Shown here piece by piece: positions 46,733-56,278 of a DNA stretch of 64,000 nucleotides. The DNA comes from Candidatus Eiseniibacteriota bacterium (GTDB lineage: Bacteria; Eisenbacteria; RBG-16-71-46; CAIMUX01; VGJL01), in contig JBHGAY010000002.1 of assembly GCA_041946735.1 (NCBI GenBank), positions 1 through 64,000 of the forward strand, read 5' to 3'. Under the pieces are notes generated by a model. The model was not told where the DNA came from. It made no database searches and was given only the letters and a program-made list of their open reading frames with translations. The position numbers were made by a program, and so were the translations under genes. Position 1 is the stretch's first letter, and every line of letters begins with the position of its first letter.

Positions 46733-48399
46733 GGCAGATCTCCTTCGGGATGCTGACGTGGCGCGCCGTTACCCGCCGGGAGCCCGCGCGACGGCGCCGG
46801 GAACTCCTCGGTCGAGATCGACGCGAGCGCTTCGCCTACGCCGAAGGCGATCGCCTGCGCAAGTCCGGCCCGCTGCCCGGGATCGAGCAGCCGCCCGAGC
46901 GAGAACGGATCCCGCACGAACGCCGGATAGATGGTGAGCGCAGGCATCGTGAACCCCTCCATCCAGCGCGAAGGACGGCTTCCGAGCTGGACTTTCCCCT
47001 GTCCCAGGAAGGTCTCCAGGTGCGCGAAGAGCGTGCGGGCGAGGCGGTCGCTCTCCCCCCGCGAGAGGATCGGCGCCTCGCTCCAGAGCAGCGGCCGCGG
47101 AGCGACCGCATAGGTCCGGCCGGGGGTCTCGTCAAGCAGCTCCCACTTCAGGCGCGGGGCAGGCGTCCAGATCTGGATCTGGTCCGGCGCGTGCTCGTAG
47201 TTGTCGAGCCGCAGCGCGATCACGCATCGCGCCTCGAGCATCGCCGCGTTCGACGCGTCCGACCCGGGGTCGATCGCCTGCATGAATGAGGCCGGCTGGC
47301 CGAGCGTGTCCGCAAGGATGCGGACGACACGATCGGCGAGATCGAGAAGGGCATAGCCTCCCTCGGCAGGATCGCTCGCCCGGTCGATCAGGCAGGTGAG
47401 CAGGATCGGTCCGCGCCGCAGACCGAAGCCGTCGGCAGCGAGGGGGCGCAGGGGACGGAACGATCCTCGATCGACCTCCTGCTGCGACTCCGTGACCTCG
47501 AGCTCCCACGCTTGCTCGTGATCGTCGTAACGGCTCGAGACGCCGACCGCTGTAGGTCCGACGTCGAGCGCGATGCGCGTCCCGTTGGCCCATCCCTCGA
47601 CCTCGCGGATCGACAGGATCGACCGCGGTCCGGCGATCGCGAGGCTTTCGGGGTGCGGCGAGATCCCGTCGAGGATGACCTCCAGGCCGCTTCCTGCCGC
47701 CCACAGGATCGAGCTCCGCCGCGGAGCCGGTCCCGAGATGCGAAGCACGCCTCGATGGCCCACCTCGGCGAGCCGCAGCTCCCGGAAGTGCGGGCTCGGC
47801 CCTCCCCACACGAAACGCCCCTCGGAGGGAGCCCAGGAGGCGGGGCGCAGATCGGACCAGTCGCGCGAGAGAAGCGCGAGTAGATCGACCGGCATGAGGA
47901 CCCCGGGGCCGCCGTAGGAAACCGGCGCGTCCAGCTGCGCGGCGCGCACCCCGCGGAGAAGGACCGGGCTGTCGAGGACGAAGCCGATCCGGGTGGTGTC
48001 GACCTGCACCCAGCCTCGATAGCTGTAGGGATCCCAGGAGTAGGGAAGACCGAGAGCGCGCGCCAGCGAGGCGAGCGGCACGAACTCCACGCCGTCGCGC
48101 TCGTAGCGAGGCACCGGCTGCGCCGGGCGCCCGTCGCCGGGGACGATCAGCAGCTCGCTCGAGCGGGAGAGCGTCGGGTCGGCGAGCGTGGAAGGAGCCG
48201 GTGACTCCTCACGCGGTTCCCCCTGCGCATGCGCGGCACGTCCGATTGGAAACCGTTCACCGGGCGCCACGCCGGAGAGAAGGGCGAGCAGCACGAGCAG
48301 CCCGGGCAGGACGATCAGCGCCAGCCTGGCGAGCAGCGCGCGCCGGGCGAGCAGCGCTAACGGTGAGAGACGACCTCCCCCCGGTCCTGTCCTAGGCAT
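46729..48399 (-). CDS. N-acetylmuramoyl-L-alanine amidase-like protein, apparently lacking zinc ligands
   Basis: N-terminal TM, FVPL-x-x-LA and MPVDLL N-terminal-domain motifs; amidase_3-like C-terminus (MPALTI...LAQAIAFGV); syntenic with GerMN-murI-rph. Confidence 0.55.
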   Translation of the reverse strand: MPRTGPGGGRLSPLALLARRALLARLALIVLPGLLVLLALLSGVAPGERFPIGRAAHAQGEPREESPAPSTLADPTLSRSSELLIVPGDGRPAQPVPRYERDGVEFVPLASLARALGLPYSWDPYSYRGWVQVDTTRIGFVLDSPVLLRGVRAAQLDAPVSYGGPGVLMPVDLLALLSRDWSDLRPASWAPSEGRFVWGGPSPHFRELRLAEVGHRGVLRISGPAPRRSSILWAAGSGLEVILDGISPHPESLAIAGPRSILSIREVEGWANGTRIALDVGPTAVGVSSRYDDHEQAWELEVTESQQEVDRGSFRPLRPLAADGFGLRRGPILLTCLIDRASDPAEGGYALLDLADRVVRILADTLGQPASFMQAIDPGSDASNAAMLEARCVIALRLDNYEHAPDQIQIWTPAPRLKWELLDETPGRTYAVAPRPLLWSEAPILSRGESDRLARTLFAHLETFLGQGKVQLGSRPSRWMEGFTMPALTIYPAFVRDPFSLGRLLDPGQRAGLAQAIAFGVGEALASISTEEFPAPSRGLPAGNGAPRQHPEGDLP

Positions 48400-48880
48400 C
48401 ACGCTCCCCTCGCCGCGCCCTCTGCATCTCCCTCTCCGCATCCCGCTTCGCCAGGTCCTCTCTACGATCGTGCAAACGCTTGCCGCGCACCAGACCCAGC
48501 TCCACCTTGAGATGCCGTCCCTTGAAGTAGAGCGAGAGCGGGATCACCGTCAATCCCTTCTCCTGCGTCTGCTGCTGAATCTTGAGGATCTGCCGAGTAT
48601 GGAGAAGGAGCTTCCGGGGCCGGAGCGGATCGTGGTTGAAGCGGTTGCCCTGCTCGTAGGGGCTGATGTGCATCTGGAGCAGGAAGACCTCGCCGTGCTC
48701 GACCTGCGCGTACGCGTCGCCGAGATTCACCTTCCCCGCCCGGACGCTCTTCACCTCCGTGCCGCGCAACGCGATGCCGGCCTCGATCGTATCGAGGACG
48801 TGATACTCGTGCCGCGCCTTGCGGTTGACGGCAACGGTCTTCTTGTCCTCGCCGGCCGGGGCCGATCGGGGGGACGGCAT
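48392..48880 (-). CDS. smpB: SsrA-binding protein
   Basis: [38 protein letters not shown]. Confidence 0.97.
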   Translation of the reverse strand: MPSPRSAPAGEDKKTVAVNRKARHEYHVLDTIEAGIALRGTEVKSVRAGKVNLGDAYAQVEHGEVFLLQMHISPYEQGNRFNHDPLRPRKLLLHTRQILKIQQQTQEKGLTVIPLSLYFKGRHLKVELGLVRGKRLHDRREDLAKRDAEREMQRARRGERDA

Positions 48881-49064
48881 GGGGGGACCTCCGCTTGACT
48901 CGCCCGTAACGAGCGCATAGCATAACACCTTGGCCGGTCGACGGTGACCGCGGTTTGCCGCGGCCGGCGGCGCTTCGCGGCACGGCTCGAATCGAAAAGC
49001 CGCGGGCGGCGGTTGTGGCGGCTGCGGCGGCGCCGGGTCGACAGGTCCATGCGGACAGGTTCAC

Positions 49065-49148
49065 GCGGAAGTGGCGGAACTGGTAGACGCGCTGGGTTCA
49101 GGGTCCAGTGAGGGTTCCCTCGTAGGGGTTCAACTCCCCTCTTCCGCA
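49065..49148 (+). tRNA. tRNA-Leu(CAG)
   Basis: Cloverleaf with long variable arm, anticodon loop TTCAGGG. Confidence 0.95.
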
Positions 49149-49219
49149 AGACGAGATCGGCGGGCGAGCCAGCAGGGCGCGCCCGCCTTTTTCGTTCGTC
49201 TCCGCGAGCGTGAGGATCG

Positions 49220-52200
49220 TCAGCGGGCCGCCTCCGCGGCCTCCGCCATCCGCTCCTTCTCGTACTCGTAGGTCCGCCGGACCAGCGGGTCGGACTCGTC
49301 CTGCATCCGAAGATCCACGAACGCGACGGTCGGCTCGTCGCCGAGGCGCAACAGCCCGCGCACAGCGGCCGCCCGGTCGGCGGAGCGCTCCATTTCCCCC
49401 GCGGGGCGCTCGAGCCCATTCATCAGGATTTCGCGCACGCGCGCCCGAGCCCGCATCGCTTCCGCCGTCCCCGGCTTCGGCAGCTCGGCGGCGATCTCCG
49501 CGAGCGTCCGCAGCGCGACAGGACGGTCGGCGGCGCCGCTCTCGAACGCGCCCGCGACCGGTCCGACCGCCGCCGCCCCAAACCCCCGCAGCGCCGACGA
49601 CGACGCCGACCGCACCGTCAGCAGGGGATCGCCGAGCCGCGCCGCGAGCGCCGGAATCGACGTCGTATCGCGCAGCGCGGCGAGCGCCCCGATCGCCGCG
49701 AGCCTCCGCCGTTCGATCGGGTCGGCGAGGTAGGGCCGGATCGTCGGCGCTGCGGCCGGGTCGCCGATCCGCCCGAGCGCCTGGATGACGCGAGGGGCGT
49801 GCTCGCGCGCGCTCGCCTCGTTGCGCAGCAGGCGCGCGAGCGGCTCGCGCGCCTCGCGACGCTTCAGCTCGCCGAGGAGCGCGATCACATTGCGCTGCAC
49901 CGGGAGGCGCGGATCGTCCAGCCGCGGCAGGATGCGGGCGGCGAAGGAGTCGGGGAACGCCTGTCCCAGCTCCACGAGCGCGCGGTACTCGAGCCCCGAC
50001 TCGTCCCCCATCCGCTCGCTCGTCGCGTAGCGCACCGCCTCGATCCCTTTCGCGAGGAGCGCCTTTCGCGCCCGCCGGACCTTCTCCCGCGCGCTGCCGA
50101 CCTCCCAGAGCGAGGCGGTGTCGAACAGCTCTTTCACCGAGCGGAGCGAGTCCTCCCGGGTCAGGACCGGCTCGGGGATAGCTTCGGCCGGCAACACGAC
50201 GTCGCGGTCCAGATCGATCCCGACCGCGTAGAGGTCGGAGGACCAGGCGGCCGCGTCGGCTCCGGCCGCTCCGCGCGGGTAGGTGTCCTTCCCCTCGAGG
50301 TCGAGGAAGATCGCGGCGCCGGCGAAGCCGCGCGCCCAGTTGCCGGCTCCCTGGCCGAAGCCGGATGTCGCGTAGAGGTCGTCGCCGAGCCGGTCGAGGA
50401 AGAGGCCGACGGAGTTCGTGAGCGTGACCCCCTGGCCGCCGTCGACCAGGTAGTCGTCGTTGCCGCTGTCGTCGATCAGCATCCCGACGGAGAGATCGTG
50501 GCCGGTGCCTTGCGTGACGCCGAAGCGGGCGATGTAGGCGTCGTCCCCGCCGCGGTCGCGCAGCGAGCCGACGGCGAGGTGGATCCCGGCGCCTTGCGAG
50601 TATTGCGTGGCGATGTAGCGGTCGTTTCCGGCGCGGTCCTCGAGCAGCCCGATCGAATACCAGTAGGCGGCCCCTTGCGAGTAGACCTCGGCGTCATAGA
50701 AGTCGTTCCCCTCGTCGTCGATCAGGACTCCGATACCGCCGGCGGCGCGCGGCCGGAAGCCGATCGAGAAGCCTTGCGAGAGCGCCTGGAAGTCGTCGGG
50801 CAGGAGAGGACGGTGGAGCGCCCAGCCCCCCGCGCGGTAGGTGTCGCTCCCGGCACGGTCGTAGAGGAGCCCCGCGCCGAAGGTCGAGGCGAAGCCTTGC
50901 GACTGGCGGGCGGCACGGTAGGCGTCGTTCTCGTCATAGCGAACCGGGACGGCGCCGGTGCCGGGGACTCCGACGATCCCGCGCTCGTAGGCGAGGTCGG
51001 GCTCCGGCTTCGGCGCGGGCGGAGGCACGGCGGAGGCGTCGGAGACGAGCGCGCCGATCCCGAAGGCCCCGGCGCCCTGCGATAGATTGCGTCCCTCGAA
51101 GGAGTCGACGCCTCCGCCGTCATAGAGGATCCCGGTGCCGAAGAAGCCGGCGCCGCAGGAGCCGTCGGCGCCGCGATACTGGTCGTCGCCGGCGAGGTCG
51201 ATCAATGCGGCGACGCCGAAGATCGCGCTTCCGATCGCATAGGGACGGTCCGACGCGTCGTACACATCGTCACCGGAAGCGTCGACGACGAGGGAGAACG
51301 GGCGCGTCAAGCCGCCGAGGGCCGAGGCGACGCGCCCGCGGTAGACGTCGTCGCCGCCGACGTCGATCAGGAAGGCGATCCTCGCGAGGGCCTCGGGCTC
51401 GTAGATGTTCGTTCCCGGGCCTCCGACGACGAGAGGGCCCAGGGGGGTGTCGACGGATGTGATCACCCCGCCTTTCATGTGTCGGATCATGTGTCGGAAT
51501 GGCGAAGTAGCGTCGAAGCGTTGAAGACGAGGGTGATCTTCCTGTTCCTCCGCCGCCTGCTCCACGACACGAACGGCGACCGCCACGAACGCGTCGAGCG
51601 CCTCGCGGGACGCCTCGGCGAGAGCGCCGCGATCGACGCTCGTCGCGATCGTCAATAGCCGGTCGGCCGTGATCGTGATCGACGTGTCGGCCGCGGCACC
51701 GACCTCGAAGTGCAGCTTCCCCTTCCCGTTCCGATCGGGCGAGTCGGGATCCTCCCAGTCGGCCCAGATAACGGGCGCGAGGACGAGAACCTGCTCGCGC
51801 TCGGCCGGCGTCAGGCGCGCGAAGGCACGCTCCAGCTTCGCCGCTGCGGCGCCCAGCCGAGCCATCTCGGGTTCGAGCGCCGTGCTATCGATGACGACCG
51901 GCCAGGTCTTGATGGTCTCCGCAGCGGCCAGTCCCTCCCGCAGCCGCTGCCAGGACCCAGTCGCCTGCAGCGCCCCGGCCGCGCTCCCCCGTCCCGGCGC
52001 GGCCTCGATCAGCCCATGCAACTCGGTCGACAACGCGGCGGCGTCGCCGCTCGCTCCTCGCAGTCCCGCGAACACCTCGTCCTGCCATCCCGGCAGGCGC
52101 AACGGATCGCCGAGCAGCTGCTCCACGATCGCGAACCGGAAGGTGTCATCGGGGGCGTAGAGCTTGTCGAAGCCCAGCTCCACCGGCCGCACGTCGAGGA

Positions 52201-52327
52201 TCTCGAGCGCCCGGCCGAGCGTGGCTGACGAGAGCGAATCGAGGCCGTCGACCTGAAGCGGCGCGGCGCAGAGAACGAGCGGCGACAAGAGCAGGCAGAA
52301 CAGAACGACGATCGCACGAGACGGCAT
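49220..52327 (-). CDS. Secreted protein with D-x-x-G-x-D-x-Y repeats and C-terminal HEAT repeats
   Basis: Signal peptide; repeated L-x-D-x-x-G-x-D-x-Y / SQG-x-G units; ALG-x-x-x-D HEAT/PBS-lyase-like repeats. Confidence 0.7.
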   Translation of the reverse strand: MPSRAIVVLFCLLLSPLVLCAAPLQVDGLDSLSSATLGRALEILDVRPVELGFDKLYAPDDTFRFAIVEQLLGDPLRLPGWQDEVFAGLRGASGDAAALSTELHGLIEAAPGRGSAAGALQATGSWQRLREGLAAAETIKTWPVVIDSTALEPEMARLGAAAAKLERAFARLTPAEREQVLVLAPVIWADWEDPDSPDRNGKGKLHFEVGAAADTSITITADRLLTIATSVDRGALAEASREALDAFVAVAVRVVEQAAEEQEDHPRLQRFDATSPFRHMIRHMKGGVITSVDTPLGPLVVGGPGTNIYEPEALARIAFLIDVGGDDVYRGRVASALGGLTRPFSLVVDASGDDVYDASDRPYAIGSAIFGVAALIDLAGDDQYRGADGSCGAGFFGTGILYDGGGVDSFEGRNLSQGAGAFGIGALVSDASAVPPPAPKPEPDLAYERGIVGVPGTGAVPVRYDENDAYRAARQSQGFASTFGAGLLYDRAGSDTYRAGGWALHRPLLPDDFQALSQGFSIGFRPRAAGGIGVLIDDEGNDFYDAEVYSQGAAYWYSIGLLEDRAGNDRYIATQYSQGAGIHLAVGSLRDRGGDDAYIARFGVTQGTGHDLSVGMLIDDSGNDDYLVDGGQGVTLTNSVGLFLDRLGDDLYATSGFGQGAGNWARGFAGAAIFLDLEGKDTYPRGAAGADAAAWSSDLYAVGIDLDRDVVLPAEAIPEPVLTREDSLRSVKELFDTASLWEVGSAREKVRRARKALLAKGIEAVRYATSERMGDESGLEYRALVELGQAFPDSFAARILPRLDDPRLPVQRNVIALLGELKRREAREPLARLLRNEASAREHAPRVIQALGRIGDPAAAPTIRPYLADPIERRRLAAIGALAALRDTTSIPALAARLGDPLLTVRSASSSALRGFGAAAVGPVAGAFESGAADRPVALRTLAEIAAELPKPGTAEAMRARARVREILMNGLERPAGEMERSADRAAAVRGLLRLGDEPTVAFVDLRMQDESDPLVRRTYEYEKERMAEAAEAAR

Positions 52328-52504
52328 GGCGACTCCTTGCAGGCAAGGCGGCCAAGGGCGGGCGCTCCGATCGGACCGGACCATTCCCGCCCATCGACGT
52401 CGCCTTCGACGCCGACCGGAGCGATCGTAGGTCCGGGTGCGGGATGCGGCAAGAAGCGCCCGCGGGGCAGTGGTCCGCCGCCGCGCAACCGGCTACGATG
52501 CCGT

Positions 52505-54013
52505 ATGCCTTCCGGCGAAGCGACAGAGCCCGATTCCGCATCGCGGTCGCAGTCGCGGCTGCAACCGCAACCGCAGCCGCAGTCCCACGCGCAGCCGCAA
52601 CCGCAGCCGCAGCCCCACGCGCAACCGCAGCCGCCCGCGCAGCCGCACGTCGAGCTTCCCCTGCGCACGGTGGTCCACACCTGGTGGCCGCTTGCCGCGA
52701 GCTGGCTCTTGATGGGTCTCGAGCTGCCGCTCGTCTCGGCGATCCTCGCGCGCCTGCCGGACCCGAAGATCAGCCTCGCGGCCTATGGCGGTGTCGTGTT
52801 CCCGCTCTCGATGATCGTCGAGGCGCCGATCATCATGCTCCTCTCCGCCTCGACCGCCCTGAGCAAGGACGAAGCGTCCTACCGGCTGATCCATCGCTTC
52901 ATGATGCGGATGGGCGCGGCGCTGACCGTCCTGCATCTCGCGATCGTCGCGACCCCTCTCTTCGACGTGATCATCGTGGGACTGCTCCACGCCCCCGAGG
53001 AGATCCGCCATCCTGCCCGCATCGGCCTCTGGATCATGCTGCCGTGGACCTGGTCGATCGCCTACCGCCGGATGCAGCAGGGGGTGCTGATCCGCTTCGG
53101 TCGCTCGCGCTACGTCGGCGCCGGGACGATCGTGCGCCTCGGCTCGAACGCGCTGGTCCTCGCCGCCGGCTACGCGATCCACACGCTCCCCGGGATCGTG
53201 GTCGGCGCAAGCGCCGTCGCGACCGGCGTCGTCGCCGAGGCGGTCTTCTCGGGGATCGCGGTGCGTCCGGTGCTGCGACATCGGCTCCCCGCCGAGCCGC
53301 CGCAGGCCGTCCCGCTGACGTTCGGGACGTTCCTGCACTTCTACGTGCCACTCGCGATGACGCCGCTGATCGTCATGTTGAACGGGCCGATCGGCAGCGC
53401 CGCGATCGGACGAATGCCGCGCACGCTCGACTCGCTCGCCGTATGGCCGGTGATCAACGGGCTTGGCTTCCTCTTCCGGAGCGTCGGGGTCGCATTCAAC
53501 GAGGTCGTCGTCGCGCTGCTCGATTTTCCGGGGGCCGCCCGCGCGCTGCGTCGCTTCGCCTTCTTGCTCGCGACGGCGACCTCCCTGCTGCTTCTCCTGA
53601 TCCTCGCGACGCCCGCCGCCGCCTTCTACTTCCGCACCGTCACCTCGCTCTCCGAAACGCTCAGCGATCTCGCGCGCTCCTCCGCGTGGCTGATCCTGAT
53701 CGGCCCCGCGCTCGGCGTGCTGCAGAGCTGGCACCAGGGGACGCTCGTCCATGCGCGCCTCACGCGCGCCGTCACCGAGTCGGTCGTCGTCTTCCTGCTG
53801 ACGAGCGCAACGGTCCTCGCGATCGGGATCGCCCACGGGCGCCTGCCCGGGATCTACGTCGCCCTCGCCGGGACGATGAGCGGCAACGCCGCGCAGGTGG
53901 CGTGGCTCGCCTGGCGGAGCCGGCCGATTCGCCACGCCTTGGGCCACGGCGCGGAGACGGCGAGCCGCCCCCGCGCCGCGCAGGCAGGGACCGGTGGGGT
54001 TGGCGGCAACTGA
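52505..54013 (+). CDS. Multi-pass membrane protein, ANKH/MATE-like transporter
   Basis: Two related halves (WWPLAAS / FYVPLAMT; AILARL / AAIGRM), about 12 TM helices; N-terminal (PQ)n repeat; start uncertain. Confidence 0.55.
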   Translation: MPSGEATEPDSASRSQSRLQPQPQPQSHAQPQPQPQPHAQPQPPAQPHVELPLRTVVHTWWPLAASWLLMGLELPLVSAILARLPDPKISLAAYGGVVFPLSMIVEAPIIMLLSASTALSKDEASYRLIHRFMMRMGAALTVLHLAIVATPLFDVIIVGLLHAPEEIRHPARIGLWIMLPWTWSIAYRRMQQGVLIRFGRSRYVGAGTIVRLGSNALVLAAGYAIHTLPGIVVGASAVATGVVAEAVFSGIAVRPVLRHRLPAEPPQAVPLTFGTFLHFYVPLAMTPLIVMLNGPIGSAAIGRMPRTLDSLAVWPVINGLGFLFRSVGVAFNEVVVALLDFPGAARALRRFAFLLATATSLLLLLILATPAAAFYFRTVTSLSETLSDLARSSAWLILIGPALGVLQSWHQGTLVHARLTRAVTESVVVFLLTSATVLAIGIAHGRLPGIYVALAGTMSGNAAQVAWLAWRSRPIRHALGHGAETASRPRAAQAGTGGVGGN

Positions 54014-54043
54014 TCGTTGCGACCCTCCGGTCCCCCCACCTCC

Positions 54044-55969
54044 TCAGTGAAGAAGCAGGATGCGCGCGCTCGGCCCTGACCCGGTCGCGGGTCGGACGAG
54101 ATAGACGCCCGCGACGACCAGCCGGCCCCGATCGTCCCGGCCATCCCAGATCGCCTCGATCGACGCGCCTGCGGCCTCGCTTCGCGCCGCGCCGGCGAGC
54201 CGCCGCACCTGCCGTCCCGTCGCATCGAAGACGGCGAGCGCGGTCGACGCCCCACTCGGATTGCCGGGGAGGGAGGCATCGATCCGCGTCTCGCCGATCA
54301 TCGGATTCGGAAACGCCCGGATCGAGGCGGGGCCGCCGAGCGAGCCGTGGGCAGGCTCCTCGACGCCGGCGCCGGGGCGGGCTTCGTCGATGCGATGGCG
54401 CTGCCCGGTCGGTTGTCCGGGAAGGTCCTGCACGATGCCGGTGCCGCCCGATCCCGGCCACACGATCCGCACGTCGACCGTCGCCGCGCCGCCCGGGATG
54501 CCGAAGTGCGCATCGATGGCGTCCTGGGCGCTGAAACCCCCGTGCGCCTCGATCTCCCGCATTCCGATCCGGAACGCGGGATCGCCGATGTGGCCCGCCC
54601 GATAGACGGTCACGCGCGCGCCGATGCCGTCGCGGTTGGAGTAGCCGGATCCCTGGTCATGGCGGTGTCCGACGAGGTGGAACGAGATCCAGCCCTCGCT
54701 CGCAGGATCGAGGTCGTTGAGGTAGAGGTAGTTCGTGCCCGGGCTGTGCTCGTTGCCGGCCGCGAGGTCCAAGTCCCCGTCGCCGTCGGCGTCCGCCCAG
54801 ACGACGGCATCGGTGCTGCCCATCCCGAAGGCCGGGACTTCGGTGAAGTGGCCGGTTCCATCGTTGACGTAGAGATAGTTCTGATCGGCGGAGGTGAAGT
54901 CCCCGTTGCCGACGGCGACGTCGAGGTCGCCGTCGCCGTCTGCATCACCCCAGGACAGCGTGTTGGTGTCGCGCGCTCCGAACTCGGGGCGGCCGGTGAA
55001 TGTGCCATCCCCGTTGTTCACGTAGAGGGAGCTCGGGCCGAGATTCCAGTTGCCGACGGCGAGGTCGAGATCGCCGTCGTTGTCGGCATCGCCCCAGTCC
55101 ATCGATGCGGTGTCGAGGGCGCCGAACTCCGGGCGGCCGGTGAACGTGCCGTCCCCATTGTTCACGTAGAGGAAGTTCTGCTCGACGTATCCGAAGCCGC
55201 CGTTGCCCACGGCCACGTCGGGATCGCCATCGCCGTCGAAGTCGCCCCACACGAGCGTGCAGGTCTGGCCCGCTCCGAACTCCGGCCGCTCCGTGAAGGT
55301 GCCGTCGCCATTGTCGACGTAGAGGTAGTTCTGCTCGGCCACTCCGAGGATGCCGTTGGCGACGGCGAGGTCGAGATCTCCGTCCAGGTCGAAGTCCGCC
55401 CAGGCGGTCGAGATCGTGCGCCTCGTTCCGAATTCGTTGCGCTGCGTCCAGGTGCCGTCGCCGTTGTTCACGTAGAGATAGTTCTGCTGGTTGTTCCCGC
55501 GCCCGACAGCGATGTCCTCGTCGCCGTCGGCGTCGAAGTCCGCCCACGCGACGGCGAAGGTGGCTCCGCTGCCGAAAGGCGACGACTCCGTGTAGGTCCC
55601 GTCGGGATTGCGCAGGTACAGATGGTTCGTCTGCTGGTACCGGCCGACCGCCATGTCGAGGTCGCCGTCACCGTCGGCATCCGCCCAGGCGAGGGCGATC
55701 GTCGCACCGCCGCCGAAGGCGAGAGACTCGACGAAGGAGGCCCGCGCGGCCGGCGCGGCGAGCGCGAGGGCGAGTACGAGGGCGAGTACGAAGGCGAGCG
55801 CGAGGGCGCACCCCGAAAGGAGCGTGAGCCTCGACAGGAATTCGCGGCGGAGATTGCGATGGAGATGGAAACGGAGATCGAGCGGGCGGCCGAGCGAGGG
55901 AAGAAGCCGGCGGTCGAGCGACGGGCCGAGCTGCCGGCCGCCTTCGTGAAGCGAGAGGGAACGGATCAT
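54044..55969 (-). CDS. FG-GAP repeat (CRTAC1/ASPIC-UnbV-like) secreted protein with FlgD-Ig-like C-terminus
   Basis: Seven W-x-D-x-D-x-DGD-x-D repeats; NRDGIGARV...HFG ASPIC/UnbV-like domain; AFPNP...WDGRDD tail. Confidence 0.88.
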   Translation of the reverse strand: MIRSLSLHEGGRQLGPSLDRRLLPSLGRPLDLRFHLHRNLRREFLSRLTLLSGCALALAFVLALVLALALAAPAARASFVESLAFGGGATIALAWADADGDGDLDMAVGRYQQTNHLYLRNPDGTYTESSPFGSGATFAVAWADFDADGDEDIAVGRGNNQQNYLYVNNGDGTWTQRNEFGTRRTISTAWADFDLDGDLDLAVANGILGVAEQNYLYVDNGDGTFTERPEFGAGQTCTLVWGDFDGDGDPDVAVGNGGFGYVEQNFLYVNNGDGTFTGRPEFGALDTASMDWGDADNDGDLDLAVGNWNLGPSSLYVNNGDGTFTGRPEFGARDTNTLSWGDADGDGDLDVAVGNGDFTSADQNYLYVNDGTGHFTEVPAFGMGSTDAVVWADADGDGDLDLAAGNEHSPGTNYLYLNDLDPASEGWISFHLVGHRHDQGSGYSNRDGIGARVTVYRAGHIGDPAFRIGMREIEAHGGFSAQDAIDAHFGIPGGAATVDVRIVWPGSGGTGIVQDLPGQPTGQRHRIDEARPGAGVEEPAHGSLGGPASIRAFPNPMIGETRIDASLPGNPSGASTALAVFDATGRQVRRLAGAARSEAAGASIEAIWDGRDDRGRLVVAGVYLVRPATGSGPSARILLLH

Positions 55970-56051
55970 GAGCCTGCCTCCATCGGGTTCGCGGGGGACG
56001 GACGGAGCCGTCCCGGTCCTTCTGTTTCTGGATGTCCAGAATGCGTTTCTA

Positions 56052-56080
56052 AAAATATCAAGAGGCACGAGGCGATGCAA
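56052..56080 (-). promoter_or_regulatory. Sigma70-type promoter for the FG-GAP gene, in an AT-rich divergent intergenic region
   Basis: TTGCAT-N17-TATTTT with extended -10 TG on the minus strand. Confidence 0.5.
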
Positions 56081-56278
56081 GCGTGTTCTTGCAAAATGCT
56101 GTTTTAAATCGGCTTGACTCGCAACAACTTTGGGGCGGTAAGATCCTTTCTAGAAATGAAACGTCGGAGATCTCGACGCCGGTTCCCGGCGCTGCTAGGT
56201 TGCAGCGGGACGGGCCACGGCGGCGCTCGTGAGGAGCCGCCCCGCAGAACAGATCCCGGCGCCGAGGGAGGAGCACCG

